A DNA stretch of 33,419 nucleotides from a virus (IMGVR_UViG_3300037524_000670:1-33419); one strand, 5' to 3'. Positions 8,690-17,052 are shown, counted from the first letter of the stretch. Numbers and translations: made by a program. Notes: generated by a model from the sequence alone, not told the origin.

Positions 8690-9952
8690 ATGGAACCGGA
8701 CAGCTACATGCTGGACGTCTTCGAGGGCGCGCTGCCGCCGCCGGTGACGCCGACGCAGGCACGCGCGGCCGCACTGCGCACGCCGAAGAAGTCGAGCACG
8801 TCGGTGACGCAGACAGTGGTCTCGCCTGTCACTGCGCAGGACAAGACCCCGCCGCCGACGCCGGGTGCCGCGCCGCAAGGCCTGCGGCAGTCGAGCGTGC
8901 AGCGTGCGCAGAGCGCGCTGCCCGGCCAGTACGAGGCGCTTGAAAAAGCGATGGCGCCGCAGGACTACACGCAGATGCAGGACTACGCCAAGCAGCGCAC
9001 GCGGCAGGGGCAGCACTCGCTGCTGCTCGCGCTCGCGGCGCAAGAGGCGGGCAAGGAGTTCGAGCCCATCGGCGGCATGTACCTGAAGCAAGCGATGGAA
9101 GCACGCCAGCCGCTGAAGACCAGCACCGGCTTCATCTCGCCCGAGGGCCAGCACGTCGAAGACGCGCAACTCGCTGCCGACCAGAAGGTCAAGCAGATCA
9201 CTGCGCAGATCCAGCGCAACGAGCAGATCCTTTCGTCGGCCGCTACCGCCGAAGAGAAGGAGCAGGCACGTCAGGACAACCTCGAACTGAAGCGGCAGCA
9301 GATGGAGCAGACGATGGAACTGCGCCGCATGACGGCCGCTGCTGCGGGTGCTACGCGTGCGAGCGCTGGCGACGCGCGGACGTGGCGCGCGGAAGACGGC
9401 CTGTCGAAGCAGTACGACGCGATCACGAAAGATCTGCGCGCCGAGCTAGACGCCACGCGCAAGGTGAAGCAACTCGCACCGACGATGATCAACCGTCGTC
9501 CGAACGCTATCGAGCAGCAGTCGATGATCGTGCTGCTGAACAAGTTCCTCGATCCGGGCAGCGTAGTGCGCGAGGGTGAGTTCGACCGCGTCGCGCAAGC
9601 GCAGGGTTATGTGCAACGCGCGCAGAACTTGATGAACCGTATCGCCAACGGTGAACTGATGAGCGACACGCTGATCTCGCAGATCGTGAGCATGGCTGAC
9701 TTCTACGACACGGCCGCGCGTGCGCAGTTGCAAGCGCGTGGTGACGCGTACTGGGAGAAGGCCGCTCGTCGCGGGCTCGATCCGACGAACGTGGTGGTCG
9801 ATCCTGACTACAAGCCGCGTGGTGCGTCCGCAGAGCAGGGACCGGCACCGGGGCAGGTACGGCTGCGTGGCGCGCAACCCGCTGCGCCTGCACCGGCCCC
9901 AGCGCCTGAAGCACCGCCGCCGGGCAAGGTGCGGGTGAAGGGAACGCGCTGA
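8690..9952 (+). CDS. Internal virion/ejection protein
   Basis: 420 aa helical/coiled coil; KFLDPGSVVREGEF motif typical of podovirus ejection proteins. Confidence 0.6.
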   Translation: MEPDSYMLDVFEGALPPPVTPTQARAAALRTPKKSSTSVTQTVVSPVTAQDKTPPPTPGAAPQGLRQSSVQRAQSALPGQYEALEKAMAPQDYTQMQDYAKQRTRQGQHSLLLALAAQEAGKEFEPIGGMYLKQAMEARQPLKTSTGFISPEGQHVEDAQLAADQKVKQITAQIQRNEQILSSAATAEEKEQARQDNLELKRQQMEQTMELRRMTAAAAGATRASAGDARTWRAEDGLSKQYDAITKDLRAELDATRKVKQLAPTMINRRPNAIEQQSMIVLLNKFLDPGSVVREGEFDRVAQAQGYVQRAQNLMNRIANGELMSDTLISQIVSMADFYDTAARAQLQARGDAYWEKAARRGLDPTNVVVDPDYKPRGASAEQGPAPGQVRLRGAQPAAPAPAPAPEAPPPGKVRVKGTR

Positions 9953-10275
9953 TGGACTTTGGCTACAAGCCGCAGTACCCGCTCGAAGCGATGCACCCTG
10001 AGATGGAGGCGCGCATCGCGGCCCTGCGCGCCGGGCGTCAGCCTGACGCGGACCGCATACGCGACCAGATGTACGCTAAGGCCGAAGCGGATCAACGCCG
10101 CGCGCTTGAGCACAATCAAGGGTGGCTCGGTTTGAAGGGCAAGCTGATGCCTGCGCAGCCGCCAGAGTTCCATCGCTACGTCAACTCAAGAGCGGCAGAG
10201 ATCCAAGGTGCACAGCGTGATAGCGAGGCGCGTCGCATGCGCGAGCTACAGGTGCAGTTGTTGAGAGGGCGATGA
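9952..10275 (+). CDS. Hypothetical protein
   Basis: 107 aa, stop/start overlaps on both sides. Confidence 0.5.
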   Translation: MDFGYKPQYPLEAMHPEMEARIAALRAGRQPDADRIRDQMYAKAEADQRRALEHNQGWLGLKGKLMPAQPPEFHRYVNSRAAEIQGAQRDSEARRMRELQVQLLRGR

Positions 10276-12113
10276 TGACCGACCAGACGTTCGAGGTAGA
10301 TGTCGACGGCAAGACCTACGAGGTCGACGCGCCAGATCCGAACACTGCGTGGAAGTGGGCGAACCAATTCCACGCCGAGGCCGGTGCGAAGCGCAAGAAG
10401 GCCATCGCCGATGATCAGGCCGCGACCGCTGCCGCGCGCAAGCAGGACGAGGCCTCGCGGGGCTTCGGCGAGCGTGCCCTGATCAACCTCGGTGCCGGGT
10501 TCGACACCGCGTGGCAGGGTGCCAAGCAACTCGGGGCCAAGGTCGGCATCGGCTCGGGCGTCAGCGACGAGGAACTCACCGAGTCCCGCCGCCTGAAGCA
10601 GGAGGCCGCAGAGGGCACCACGGGCGGCTCGCTGATCCAGTTGGCCGGTGAGGTCGCCCCGACCCTTGCGGTGCCTATGGGGGCCGCTGGGAGCCTCGGC
10701 AGGGCCGCGTTGATGGGTGCTGGCGGGGGCGCTGTCGCCGGGGCCTTGCAGCCCGTCCTGACCAGCGAGAGCAGGCTCGCCAACACGGCGCTCGGCGCGG
10801 CCGGGGGCGCGGTCGCCCCGGTGGCCGTGCGCGGGGTCGCCAAATACCTCCCCAGAGCCCTCGGGGGCCGGGGTGAGGGTGAGGTAGCCACCCGTGCCGG
10901 AAAACGCCTTGTGCGGGCTCTGGGCGGCTCCGATGAGGCCTCCCAGACGGCCGCCCGGCTGGAGGCCCCGCGCGGAGGCACCGCCCTGACCCAGAACATC
11001 CCGCTGACGGCCGCCCAGAAGTCGGGCTCGACCGAACTGGCGCTGGAGGAGATCGCCGCCCGGCGTCGGTTCCCCGAGCACTTCGCCGAGCTAGGCCGGC
11101 GCCAGAACGAGGCCCTGCACGACGCCGTGCTGGCGGCCGGGCGCGAAGGGACCGAGACCCGGCTAAACCGTTTAAACGCCGTGCGCGAGGGCCGGACCGC
11201 CCCGCTGCGCGAGGACGCGCTCCAGAAGGCCGGCGCCTTCAGCCACGTCGCCCAGCCCCTGCAGCAGCAGGTCGCGTCGCTGCGCTCGCGCTCGGCCGCC
11301 GGCTCGCCGCAGCGCGGGCTCGCGGATCTGGTCGAGCGCAGCGTCGATGAGAACGCGAGCCCGGCGCAACTGTACGAACTGCGCAAGCTGCTCGCGTCGA
11401 AGCTCAACGGCCCCATGATCCCCGGCGACGAACTCGCCAGCATCACGAAGGGCGCGCAGCGCGAGACGATGGCGATGATCGAGGCCATCGACGACCGACT
11501 GAACACGGCCGCGCAGCGCAAGGGCGGCAGCGCTTCGCCGTTCAGCGACTACCTGCGTGAGTTCCAAGCCCGCAGTGGTCCGGTCGAGAGCGCACGCGCG
11601 CAGCAACTCATCACGCAGGACGTGACGCAGATGGGTCGGCCGATGGTGGGCGAGGCGCCCGAGACCACACGCAGCGTGCTGAAGCGTGCGCTGGAGAAGC
11701 ACGGCGTCAGCAAGAAGTTCGGCACGAAGCTCGAACCGAACGCACAAGCGCGCTACGGCGAGGTGATGGATCTGATGCAGCAGATGGAAGAGCCGATGCG
11801 CTCGCTGAAGCTCGGTGGCACCGGCGGGGGTGGGTCTCAGACCGCGATGCAGGGCGCGGCGAAGGCGGTCGTGAACTCGAAGGTGCCGTTCGCCGGGCAC
11901 GCCATCGACGTCATCAGCGAGCGCTTCGGCCGCGCCACGCAGGAAGAAGTCGCGCGGATGATGCTCGACCCGGCGCTGGCGGCGAAGAACATCCGCGCTG
12001 CGCTCGAAGCGGGTCGACCACTGACGCGCGGCGAGCAGGCATTCTTGATGCTATCGCGGAGTGCAGGCGCTGGAGTGCCAGCAGCACTAGGCGTGCAAGC
12101 AGGTACACAATAA
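10272..12113 (+). CDS. Large DNA transfer/ejection protein
   Basis: 613 aa; N-terminal FEVDVDGKTYEVDAP motif, Gly/Ala-rich membrane-insertion-like segments (GAGGGAVAGAL), helical remainder. Confidence 0.65.
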   Translation: MMTDQTFEVDVDGKTYEVDAPDPNTAWKWANQFHAEAGAKRKKAIADDQAATAAARKQDEASRGFGERALINLGAGFDTAWQGAKQLGAKVGIGSGVSDEELTESRRLKQEAAEGTTGGSLIQLAGEVAPTLAVPMGAAGSLGRAALMGAGGGAVAGALQPVLTSESRLANTALGAAGGAVAPVAVRGVAKYLPRALGGRGEGEVATRAGKRLVRALGGSDEASQTAARLEAPRGGTALTQNIPLTAAQKSGSTELALEEIAARRRFPEHFAELGRRQNEALHDAVLAAGREGTETRLNRLNAVREGRTAPLREDALQKAGAFSHVAQPLQQQVASLRSRSAAGSPQRGLADLVERSVDENASPAQLYELRKLLASKLNGPMIPGDELASITKGAQRETMAMIEAIDDRLNTAAQRKGGSASPFSDYLREFQARSGPVESARAQQLITQDVTQMGRPMVGEAPETTRSVLKRALEKHGVSKKFGTKLEPNAQARYGEVMDLMQQMEEPMRSLKLGGTGGGGSQTAMQGAAKAVVNSKVPFAGHAIDVISERFGRATQEEVARMMLDPALAAKNIRAALEAGRPLTRGEQAFLMLSRSAGAGVPAALGVQAGTQ

Positions 12114-12159
12114 CGGCGACGAACGGTCGGGCGAAGCCGACCCAGAAGGAGTGATCCAT
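11914..12159 (-). CDS. Possible antisense small membrane protein
   Basis: MDHSFWVGFARPFVAVIVYLLARLVLLAL is a clean TM helix. The overlapped plus-strand codons become atypically A-ending. No obvious RBS. Confidence 0.3.
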   Translation of the reverse strand: MDHSFWVGFARPFVAVIVYLLARLVLLALQRLHSAIASRMPARRASVVDPLRAQRGCSSPPAPGRASSARLLPAWRGRSAR

Positions 12160-13729
12160 GCCACGCAATAGTACCGGGGTTTACACCCTGCCTCTGCCGC
12201 CGGTTGTTGCGGGCGAGGTGATCGAGTCGCTGTGGGCCAACACGTCGCTCGACGACATCGGTCAGGCCCTGACTGACTCGCTTGACCGCTACGGCCGTGG
12301 CGGGATGCTGGCGCCGTTCCTGTTCTTCGACGGCACCGTCTCTGCGCCGGGCGCGGCGTGGGCGAACGCACCGGGCACCGGTTTCTTCCGCGTCGCCGGC
12401 TATCTCGGCGCGTCATGGAACGGCGCCGAGATCTTCAACTTCAACGGCAACGGTATCGCGCTTGCGGCTGGCAAGGAGGTCTTCCTGCCACAGGCACCGG
12501 CGACAGGCACCAGCGCCGTCAACAAGACCTACGTCGACACCGCTGACGCCGTGCTGCAAGCGGCCATCGACGCCGTCAGCGGTTCGCTGGCAGGCTATCT
12601 GCCGCTCACTGGCGGCAGCATGACGGGGACCATCACCTACGACGCCACCAACGCACCGTCAGGTTCGCCTGCGTTCCAGATCTCAAACGCGGCCGACAAA
12701 TCCATGTGGCTCGGGCTGGACAACCGCCCCAGTGGCGCGACCGGGATCGTCACGGTCGATGGCGCGCTGGCGATCTGGACTAAGAACGCGCAGCGCGCGA
12801 TCTTTTTCGAGAACACGGCGGTCTTCGACATCGTGCCGCTGTTCAACATGGGTGCGGTCGTTGCGGCGCAGTCGGTCTACGAATTGCGCAACGTCGCCAA
12901 CGACGCGCCGGCTTGGCGCATCGGCGCGGGCAGCTACACAGGCAACGCGGCTTTTGGCGTCTACAACGTTCCACTCGGCGTGTGGGGGATGCTGATTGAT
13001 CCCACGACCAACGCCGTCACCTTCCGTGGCGGGTTGACGATGTTCAACCTCATCAATGCCGCGCAAGATGGCATCGTGATGGGCGGGGTGGCGGGTCAGC
13101 CTACCACCCGTATCCTGCTCGGCAGCCAACCCGACAGTGCAAACCTTGGCATTGAGTATGACCGCGCGACAGGCACCAGCAGCTTCGGTCTGCTGACGAC
13201 CCTGCAGGCTGCGATGCAGCCGCGCTTGCAGTTCCTGAATGACGCCAGCGTGATCATCCCTGTTGAAGTCCCGCTGTTCCGCGTTTACATGAACGTGGCC
13301 TCGTCGTGGCTCGACTTTGCGCCCTATAACAACAACGCTTACCCCGCCATCGGGTTCTATCAAGGTGGCGTGCGCGAGTGGAAGCAATGGATGGACGCTC
13401 CCGCTGGCAACTTGATTTTCACCCCTGTTGGCAGCGGGGGAGAGTTTATTATGGCGGCCGACGGCACGTTTCGAATCATTGCGCAGCAGAAAGCGCTGTC
13501 GTGGGTCTCTGGCTCCGAAGAGCGGATGTCGGTCTATCTCGCAAACGGGCTATACCCCGGCATTAACTGGTATTGGCCCGGCGTGCTCTACTTCGGCATC
13601 TTTCAGGCGTCGTCTGGCAATCTGTGGTTCAGCACCCAGAACGACATCAACAATGTGCAGACGTGCATCACAGGCGGTGGCGACGTGCGCGCAAAGCGCT
13701 TCATCGCCACGCCGAATCCGGGGATCTGA
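12158..13729 (+). CDS. Tail fibre / tailspike protein
   Basis: AGGAG RBS; MPRNSTGVYTLP baseplate-attachment N-terminus, AVNKTYVD and YLPLTGGSMTG fibre motifs, beta-rich C-terminus. Confidence 0.8.
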   Translation: MPRNSTGVYTLPLPPVVAGEVIESLWANTSLDDIGQALTDSLDRYGRGGMLAPFLFFDGTVSAPGAAWANAPGTGFFRVAGYLGASWNGAEIFNFNGNGIALAAGKEVFLPQAPATGTSAVNKTYVDTADAVLQAAIDAVSGSLAGYLPLTGGSMTGTITYDATNAPSGSPAFQISNAADKSMWLGLDNRPSGATGIVTVDGALAIWTKNAQRAIFFENTAVFDIVPLFNMGAVVAAQSVYELRNVANDAPAWRIGAGSYTGNAAFGVYNVPLGVWGMLIDPTTNAVTFRGGLTMFNLINAAQDGIVMGGVAGQPTTRILLGSQPDSANLGIEYDRATGTSSFGLLTTLQAAMQPRLQFLNDASVIIPVEVPLFRVYMNVASSWLDFAPYNNNAYPAIGFYQGGVREWKQWMDAPAGNLIFTPVGSGGEFIMAADGTFRIIAQQKALSWVSGSEERMSVYLANGLYPGINWYWPGVLYFGIFQASSGNLWFSTQNDINNVQTCITGGGDVRAKRFIATPNPGI

Positions 13730-13730
13730 G

Positions 13731-14561
13731 ATGCCGGGCGCGTTCTTCACCGAATACGGCGGGGGCGGGGCCAAGGACCTCGACGACGTCTTCAACGTCG
13801 ACACAGGCTCGCCTGCCGGCGGCACCACGGGCTTCTATGACGGCGTCTACTGGGGCGCGGATCTTGCGCAGATCTACTCGCCGCGCAGCGCAGGCGACGA
13901 TATCGGCTACGACACCGGCTTCGTCGCGCTTGACGGCCGTGACCTGCGGCAGTGGTTCGCCAAGAAGGGCACCACCTTCATCGACATCCCGGTCGGCGCA
14001 GGGATCGCGGTCCAGTGCAACGGTTACACGCTGCTGACGGGCGATGGCGTCACGAACAACGTCGGCGGCAGTCGCGGGTATATCCAGTGGAGCCGCGACA
14101 GCGCGGCGGTGCAGGTCTTGAACACCGACGGTGCCGACTTCAACGTGCCATGCCCGGCGACAGGGCGCGGTCTCGGCAACATCGCTCCGATACTGGTCGG
14201 CGGTTTCAACGCCGCAGCGCGCTACCGCATCCCGCCGAATTCGACGTGGCGCATCACGTTCGAGGTCTCCAACCTCGGGACCGAGACCTTCGACGTGGCG
14301 GCGAACGCCAGCGGCGTGATCGACTCTGGCTGGCGGCCCTTCTTCAGCGGCAACATCAACTGGTGCAACATCAACGACCCGTGGGCCAGCGCCGCCAACT
14401 TCGTCGGCTTCGCGCCGCCGGCTGGTTTCAACTACTGCGGGGCATACCTGTATGCTGACTGGAACGCGGGAGGGTCGCGCATTCTGTTGTCCGCCGGCTC
14501 GGGGCGCTCTCCCGCCACCAACCACCCGGGCTGGGTCTGCTATGCGACACGCATAGCCTAA
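13731..14561 (+). CDS. Second tail fibre / receptor-binding tip protein
   Basis: Start ATG 13731; repeated DL..F motif at the N-terminus (KDLDDVF, ADLAQIY, RDLRQWF); Gly/aromatic-rich C-terminus. Confidence 0.6.
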   Translation: MPGAFFTEYGGGGAKDLDDVFNVDTGSPAGGTTGFYDGVYWGADLAQIYSPRSAGDDIGYDTGFVALDGRDLRQWFAKKGTTFIDIPVGAGIAVQCNGYTLLTGDGVTNNVGGSRGYIQWSRDSAAVQVLNTDGADFNVPCPATGRGLGNIAPILVGGFNAAARYRIPPNSTWRITFEVSNLGTETFDVAANASGVIDSGWRPFFSGNINWCNINDPWASAANFVGFAPPAGFNYCGAYLYADWNAGGSRILLSAGSGRSPATNHPGWVCYATRIA

Positions 14562-14575
14562 CAAGGAGAATTGCA

Positions 14576-14734
14576 ATGACGCTCGAACTCAACGAACAGG
14601 AACTGGACATCGTGATGCGCGCCCTGATGCAGCAGCCCTACATGGCTGTGGCGCAGGTCATCCCGAAGATCGTCCAGCAAGCGAATGCGCAAAAGCCTGC
14701 CGCTCCTGCTGTCCCCGCTCCTGCTGCTGAGTAG
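14576..14734 (+). CDS. 52-aa protein, likely tail-fibre-associated chaperone
   Basis: Not in the ORF track. AAGGAG RBS; MTLELNEQELDIVMRALMQQPYMAVAQVIPKIVQQA, a type commonly found after fibre genes. Confidence 0.65.
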   Translation: MTLELNEQELDIVMRALMQQPYMAVAQVIPKIVQQANAQKPAAPAVPAPAAE

Positions 14735-14909
14735 CTGCTCGGCCATCGACGCAAAGCAGCGGGCGTTGTTCTGCCTGCTGTTTTGCGTTCAGGTGGAGAC
14801 TGAGTTCAAGAAAAAGCCCGCCGAAGAGGCGGGCCTAAAGACCAAGAGCACTGAGGACTTCAGCGATCCCCAGAAAGATCAGGCTCCAAAGGCCGACGCA
14901 AAGCAGTAG
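14685..14909 (+). CDS. Putative lipoprotein
   Basis: MRK + Leu-rich core + lipobox LSSC; overlaps the preceding ORF in another frame. Confidence 0.5.
   Translation: MRKSLPLLLSPLLLLSSCSAIDAKQRALFCLLFCVQVETEFKKKPAEEAGLKTKSTEDFSDPQKDQAPKADAKQ
14808..14834 (-). terminator. Rho-independent terminator ending the leftward operon
   Basis: Minus strand GCCCGCC-TCTTC-GGCGGGC-TTTTTCTT. Confidence 0.8.
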
Positions 14910-14972
14910 CAGCCAGTGGAACCAGATCGGCGAGCGCTCGGGCTCGCGCGCGTTGTGCTCGTCACGAAACTC
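14835..14972 (-). CDS. Start-less membrane-anchor reading frame (possible frameshift extension or indel)
   Basis: EFRDEHNAREPERSPIWFHWLLLLCVGLWSLIFLGIAEVLSALGL*; its TAG abuts the terminator stem; no in-frame start codon. Confidence 0.4.
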   Translation of the reverse strand, partial: EFRDEHNAREPERSPIWFHWLLLLCVGLWSLIFLGIAEVLSALGL

Positions 14973-15648
14973 ACTGGGCCGGCGTCGCGCAGACCGACAG
15001 CACCGCCGCGACCTTCGCGTCGTTGCACATCAGCTTGAGCGCCGCCTCTTTCTGACCGAAGTTGTGCAGCAGCCGTGCGTTCTCGCGCAGCGTGCAGCCC
15101 TCGTCTTCAGTGCTTGACCCGAACCCGATAGCGCCACCGAGCCAGCCACCGCTGATGCCCACGCTGATGCGGCACGGGGCCGTCGGCGTCGCCAGCACAT
15201 CGGGTGCCTGACCCACGGTCATGATGCGCTCGGGCGTGCTGTTCACGACCTGCACGCTCTGGGCGTTGCCGACGTTGCTCGCGCCGGCTGCAGCCGCAGC
15301 AGAAGCACCAGAGGTCGACGCGCCGCCCGCGCCGCCGTTGGCGGTCTGGCTCTGATTGCCGCCGACGCCGACAGCGCTCTGGCCCTGCTGCTGGCCCTGA
15401 TTGCCGCCGACGCCTATCGCGGTCTGGCCCTGTAGCTGGCCTTGCGCTTGGCCCTGCAACTGCCCTTGGTGCTGGCCTTGGCTGTTGAGGTTCGTGTTGG
15501 TGTTGCGGATGTCAGGCGAGATCTGCGGGCTGATGGTGGTCGGCGTGGCGGTAGCAGGCGCGCTGCAGTTGCCCACACAGCCATCATTGCCCGGACTTGC
15601 AACTGCGGGACCGCAGAGAAAACACAACAGCAGTATCAGACGTTTCAT
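14971..15648 (-). CDS. Secreted protein with Gln/Gly repeats and Cys-containing C-terminal domain
   Basis: Signal peptide MKRLILLLCFLCGPAVA; QGQx repeats; C-terminal domain with four Cys. Confidence 0.7.
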   Translation of the reverse strand: MKRLILLLCFLCGPAVASPGNDGCVGNCSAPATATPTTISPQISPDIRNTNTNLNSQGQHQGQLQGQAQGQLQGQTAIGVGGNQGQQQGQSAVGVGGNQSQTANGGAGGASTSGASAAAAAGASNVGNAQSVQVVNSTPERIMTVGQAPDVLATPTAPCRISVGISGGWLGGAIGFGSSTEDEGCTLRENARLLHNFGQKEAALKLMCNDAKVAAVLSVCATPAQ

Positions 15649-15779
15649 CAGTGACTCCCTAAGAGTAGTACTACGAGGATGCCTCCAGCGCCGCCGAGCA
15701 GGAACCCTGCCCAGAACGCGATGGAGACGGCTTTCATTGTAGTGCGCGCCAGTTCGCGCGCGAGCAGGCTAGTGTCCAT
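15648..15779 (-). CDS. 43-aa single-TM protein
   Basis: Not in the track. AAGGAG RBS; MDTSLLARELARTTMKAVSIAFWAGFLLGGAGGILVVLLLGSH; TGATG overlap with the next gene. Confidence 0.6.
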   Translation of the reverse strand: MDTSLLARELARTTMKAVSIAFWAGFLLGGAGGILVVLLLGSH

Positions 15780-16212
15780 GAAACTCCTTTAGTGTGGCGA
15801 CGATTCGCTTGCAATGCTCACAGGTGCGGGCTCGCGCGTGCTCTGCGGCCGTGTCGTGCGCAGCCCGCAGCAACCCACGCAGCCGATCCGCTTCGACCTC
15901 CAGCGCTGACTTGAGCGTTGCCGTCCCACGTCCGGTTACGTTCAACTCTAGCGGGCTACGCTCGAAAGCCTCGTAGTCCGTTCCTGCCTGCGCTGCGGCT
16001 GGCTCGAACACAACGGCGTCAACGGTCCAGCCATCTTTTTCAGAGAAGTGGTACACGCCACCTCTGGGGCCTTTGGCTACCCAAGCGGTTGCCCGGCCCT
16101 GCGCCGGTGCACCCCTGTGGATGCGACCGCACTTGTTGCAAACACCTCCGGCAGTCATCAGATAACTGCAGTCCGGGTCGCCAATGCTTTGCGGTTCCTC
16201 GCGCGGGGTCAC
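15769..16212 (-). CDS. Hypothetical protein with Cys/His motifs
   Basis: CNKCGRIH and CEHC motifs; overlaps neighbours. Confidence 0.5.
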   Translation of the reverse strand: MTPREEPQSIGDPDCSYLMTAGGVCNKCGRIHRGAPAQGRATAWVAKGPRGGVYHFSEKDGWTVDAVVFEPAAAQAGTDYEAFERSPLELNVTGRGTATLKSALEVEADRLRGLLRAAHDTAAEHARARTCEHCKRIVATLKEFHGH

Positions 16213-16544
16213 AGCGTCACCCGGCGGGTGATCGACTGCACGACCATGGTGAGCATGTGAGCCCGCTCGTGCAGCAACGCAACCCTATGCATCAGTGCCG
16301 ATGGGGCGCTGCTCGGCATTGCGCCGTTGGGCTCTTTCTGCGGCAGAGGCTCACTGAGCACCAGCGTAAGGGTCGACTCCAGTTCGCCAATCGCGCCAGC
16401 GAGCACGTCCAGTTGTGAGTCCAGCGAGTTCAGGCGATTCTGCACGGTGTCGCGCTCGGTCACTGGCGCGTTCAACGCGCCGCGCATGCTGTCGGAGCTA
16501 GCCACTCCGCCGATGCTGTTGCGGTAGTTCTGCTCGTAGTTCAT
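16209..16544 (-). CDS. Hypothetical coiled-coil protein
   Basis: Start ATG 16544 (TGATG overlap, GGGAG RBS). Confidence 0.55.
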   Translation of the reverse strand: MNYEQNYRNSIGGVASSDSMRGALNAPVTERDTVQNRLNSLDSQLDVLAGAIGELESTLTLVLSEPLPQKEPNGAMPSSAPSALMHRVALLHERAHMLTMVVQSITRRVTL

Positions 16545-16756
16545 CAGATGACTCCCTTGATGAGAAGAAGGACGGCCACGCACAGTGCAACGGCGCAGCC
16601 CCAGAAGATGAATCGGTCGAGCGCGGACTCGATGCTAGAGTCGAAGCGCTGGAACACCGGCGACTCGAACTCGGTCCGCTTCGTCGGCCTGATGAACTTG
16701 CGGTTGCCGTGCCGATGAATCAGCGACTGCTGCGCTTCCCACTCGCGGTAGTTCAT
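16544..16756 (-). CDS. Small protein with C-terminal TM helix
   Basis: Start ATG 16756 behind GGAGG; FIFWGCAVALCVAVLLLI. Confidence 0.55.
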   Translation of the reverse strand: MNYREWEAQQSLIHRHGNRKFIRPTKRTEFESPVFQRFDSSIESALDRFIFWGCAVALCVAVLLLIKGVI

Positions 16757-17052
16757 CAGAACCTCCACTTGTCAGACGGCCACAGATCGGGCCGGAAGAA
16801 GTACGGCGCGATGCCGAGGGCCTGCGACAGGTCGGGGACCTGCTCGGCCGGCAGCAGGAAGTTGCGGTTCTCTTTCGCGCGGCCCTTCCAGATGTGCAGG
16901 GTCTGCGGCGCGACCTTCATCGCTCGCGCGATGTCGGCGTCCGTCACGCCCAGATCACGCGCGTCCTGCAGCCCCCACAGCAGCGGGTGCGTGCGGGTCG
17001 CGGTGCCGTCCGGCTTTCGCGCGGGCAGCTTCACGGCTTCACGTTTAAACAT
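16756..17052 (-). CDS. Cro/YdaS-like HTH transcriptional regulator
   Basis: HTH DADIARAMKVAPQTLHIW and C-terminal LGIAPYFFRPDLW, characteristic of Cro/YdaS-type proteins. Confidence 0.75.
   Translation of the reverse strand: MFKREAVKLPARKPDGTATRTHPLLWGLQDARDLGVTDADIARAMKVAPQTLHIWKGRAKENRNFLLPAEQVPDLSQALGIAPYFFRPDLWPSDKWRF

Noticed and set aside
12158-14561. Diversity-generating retroelement or invertible tail fibre switch
   Set aside because: No reverse transcriptase, invertase, or template/variable repeat pair was seen.
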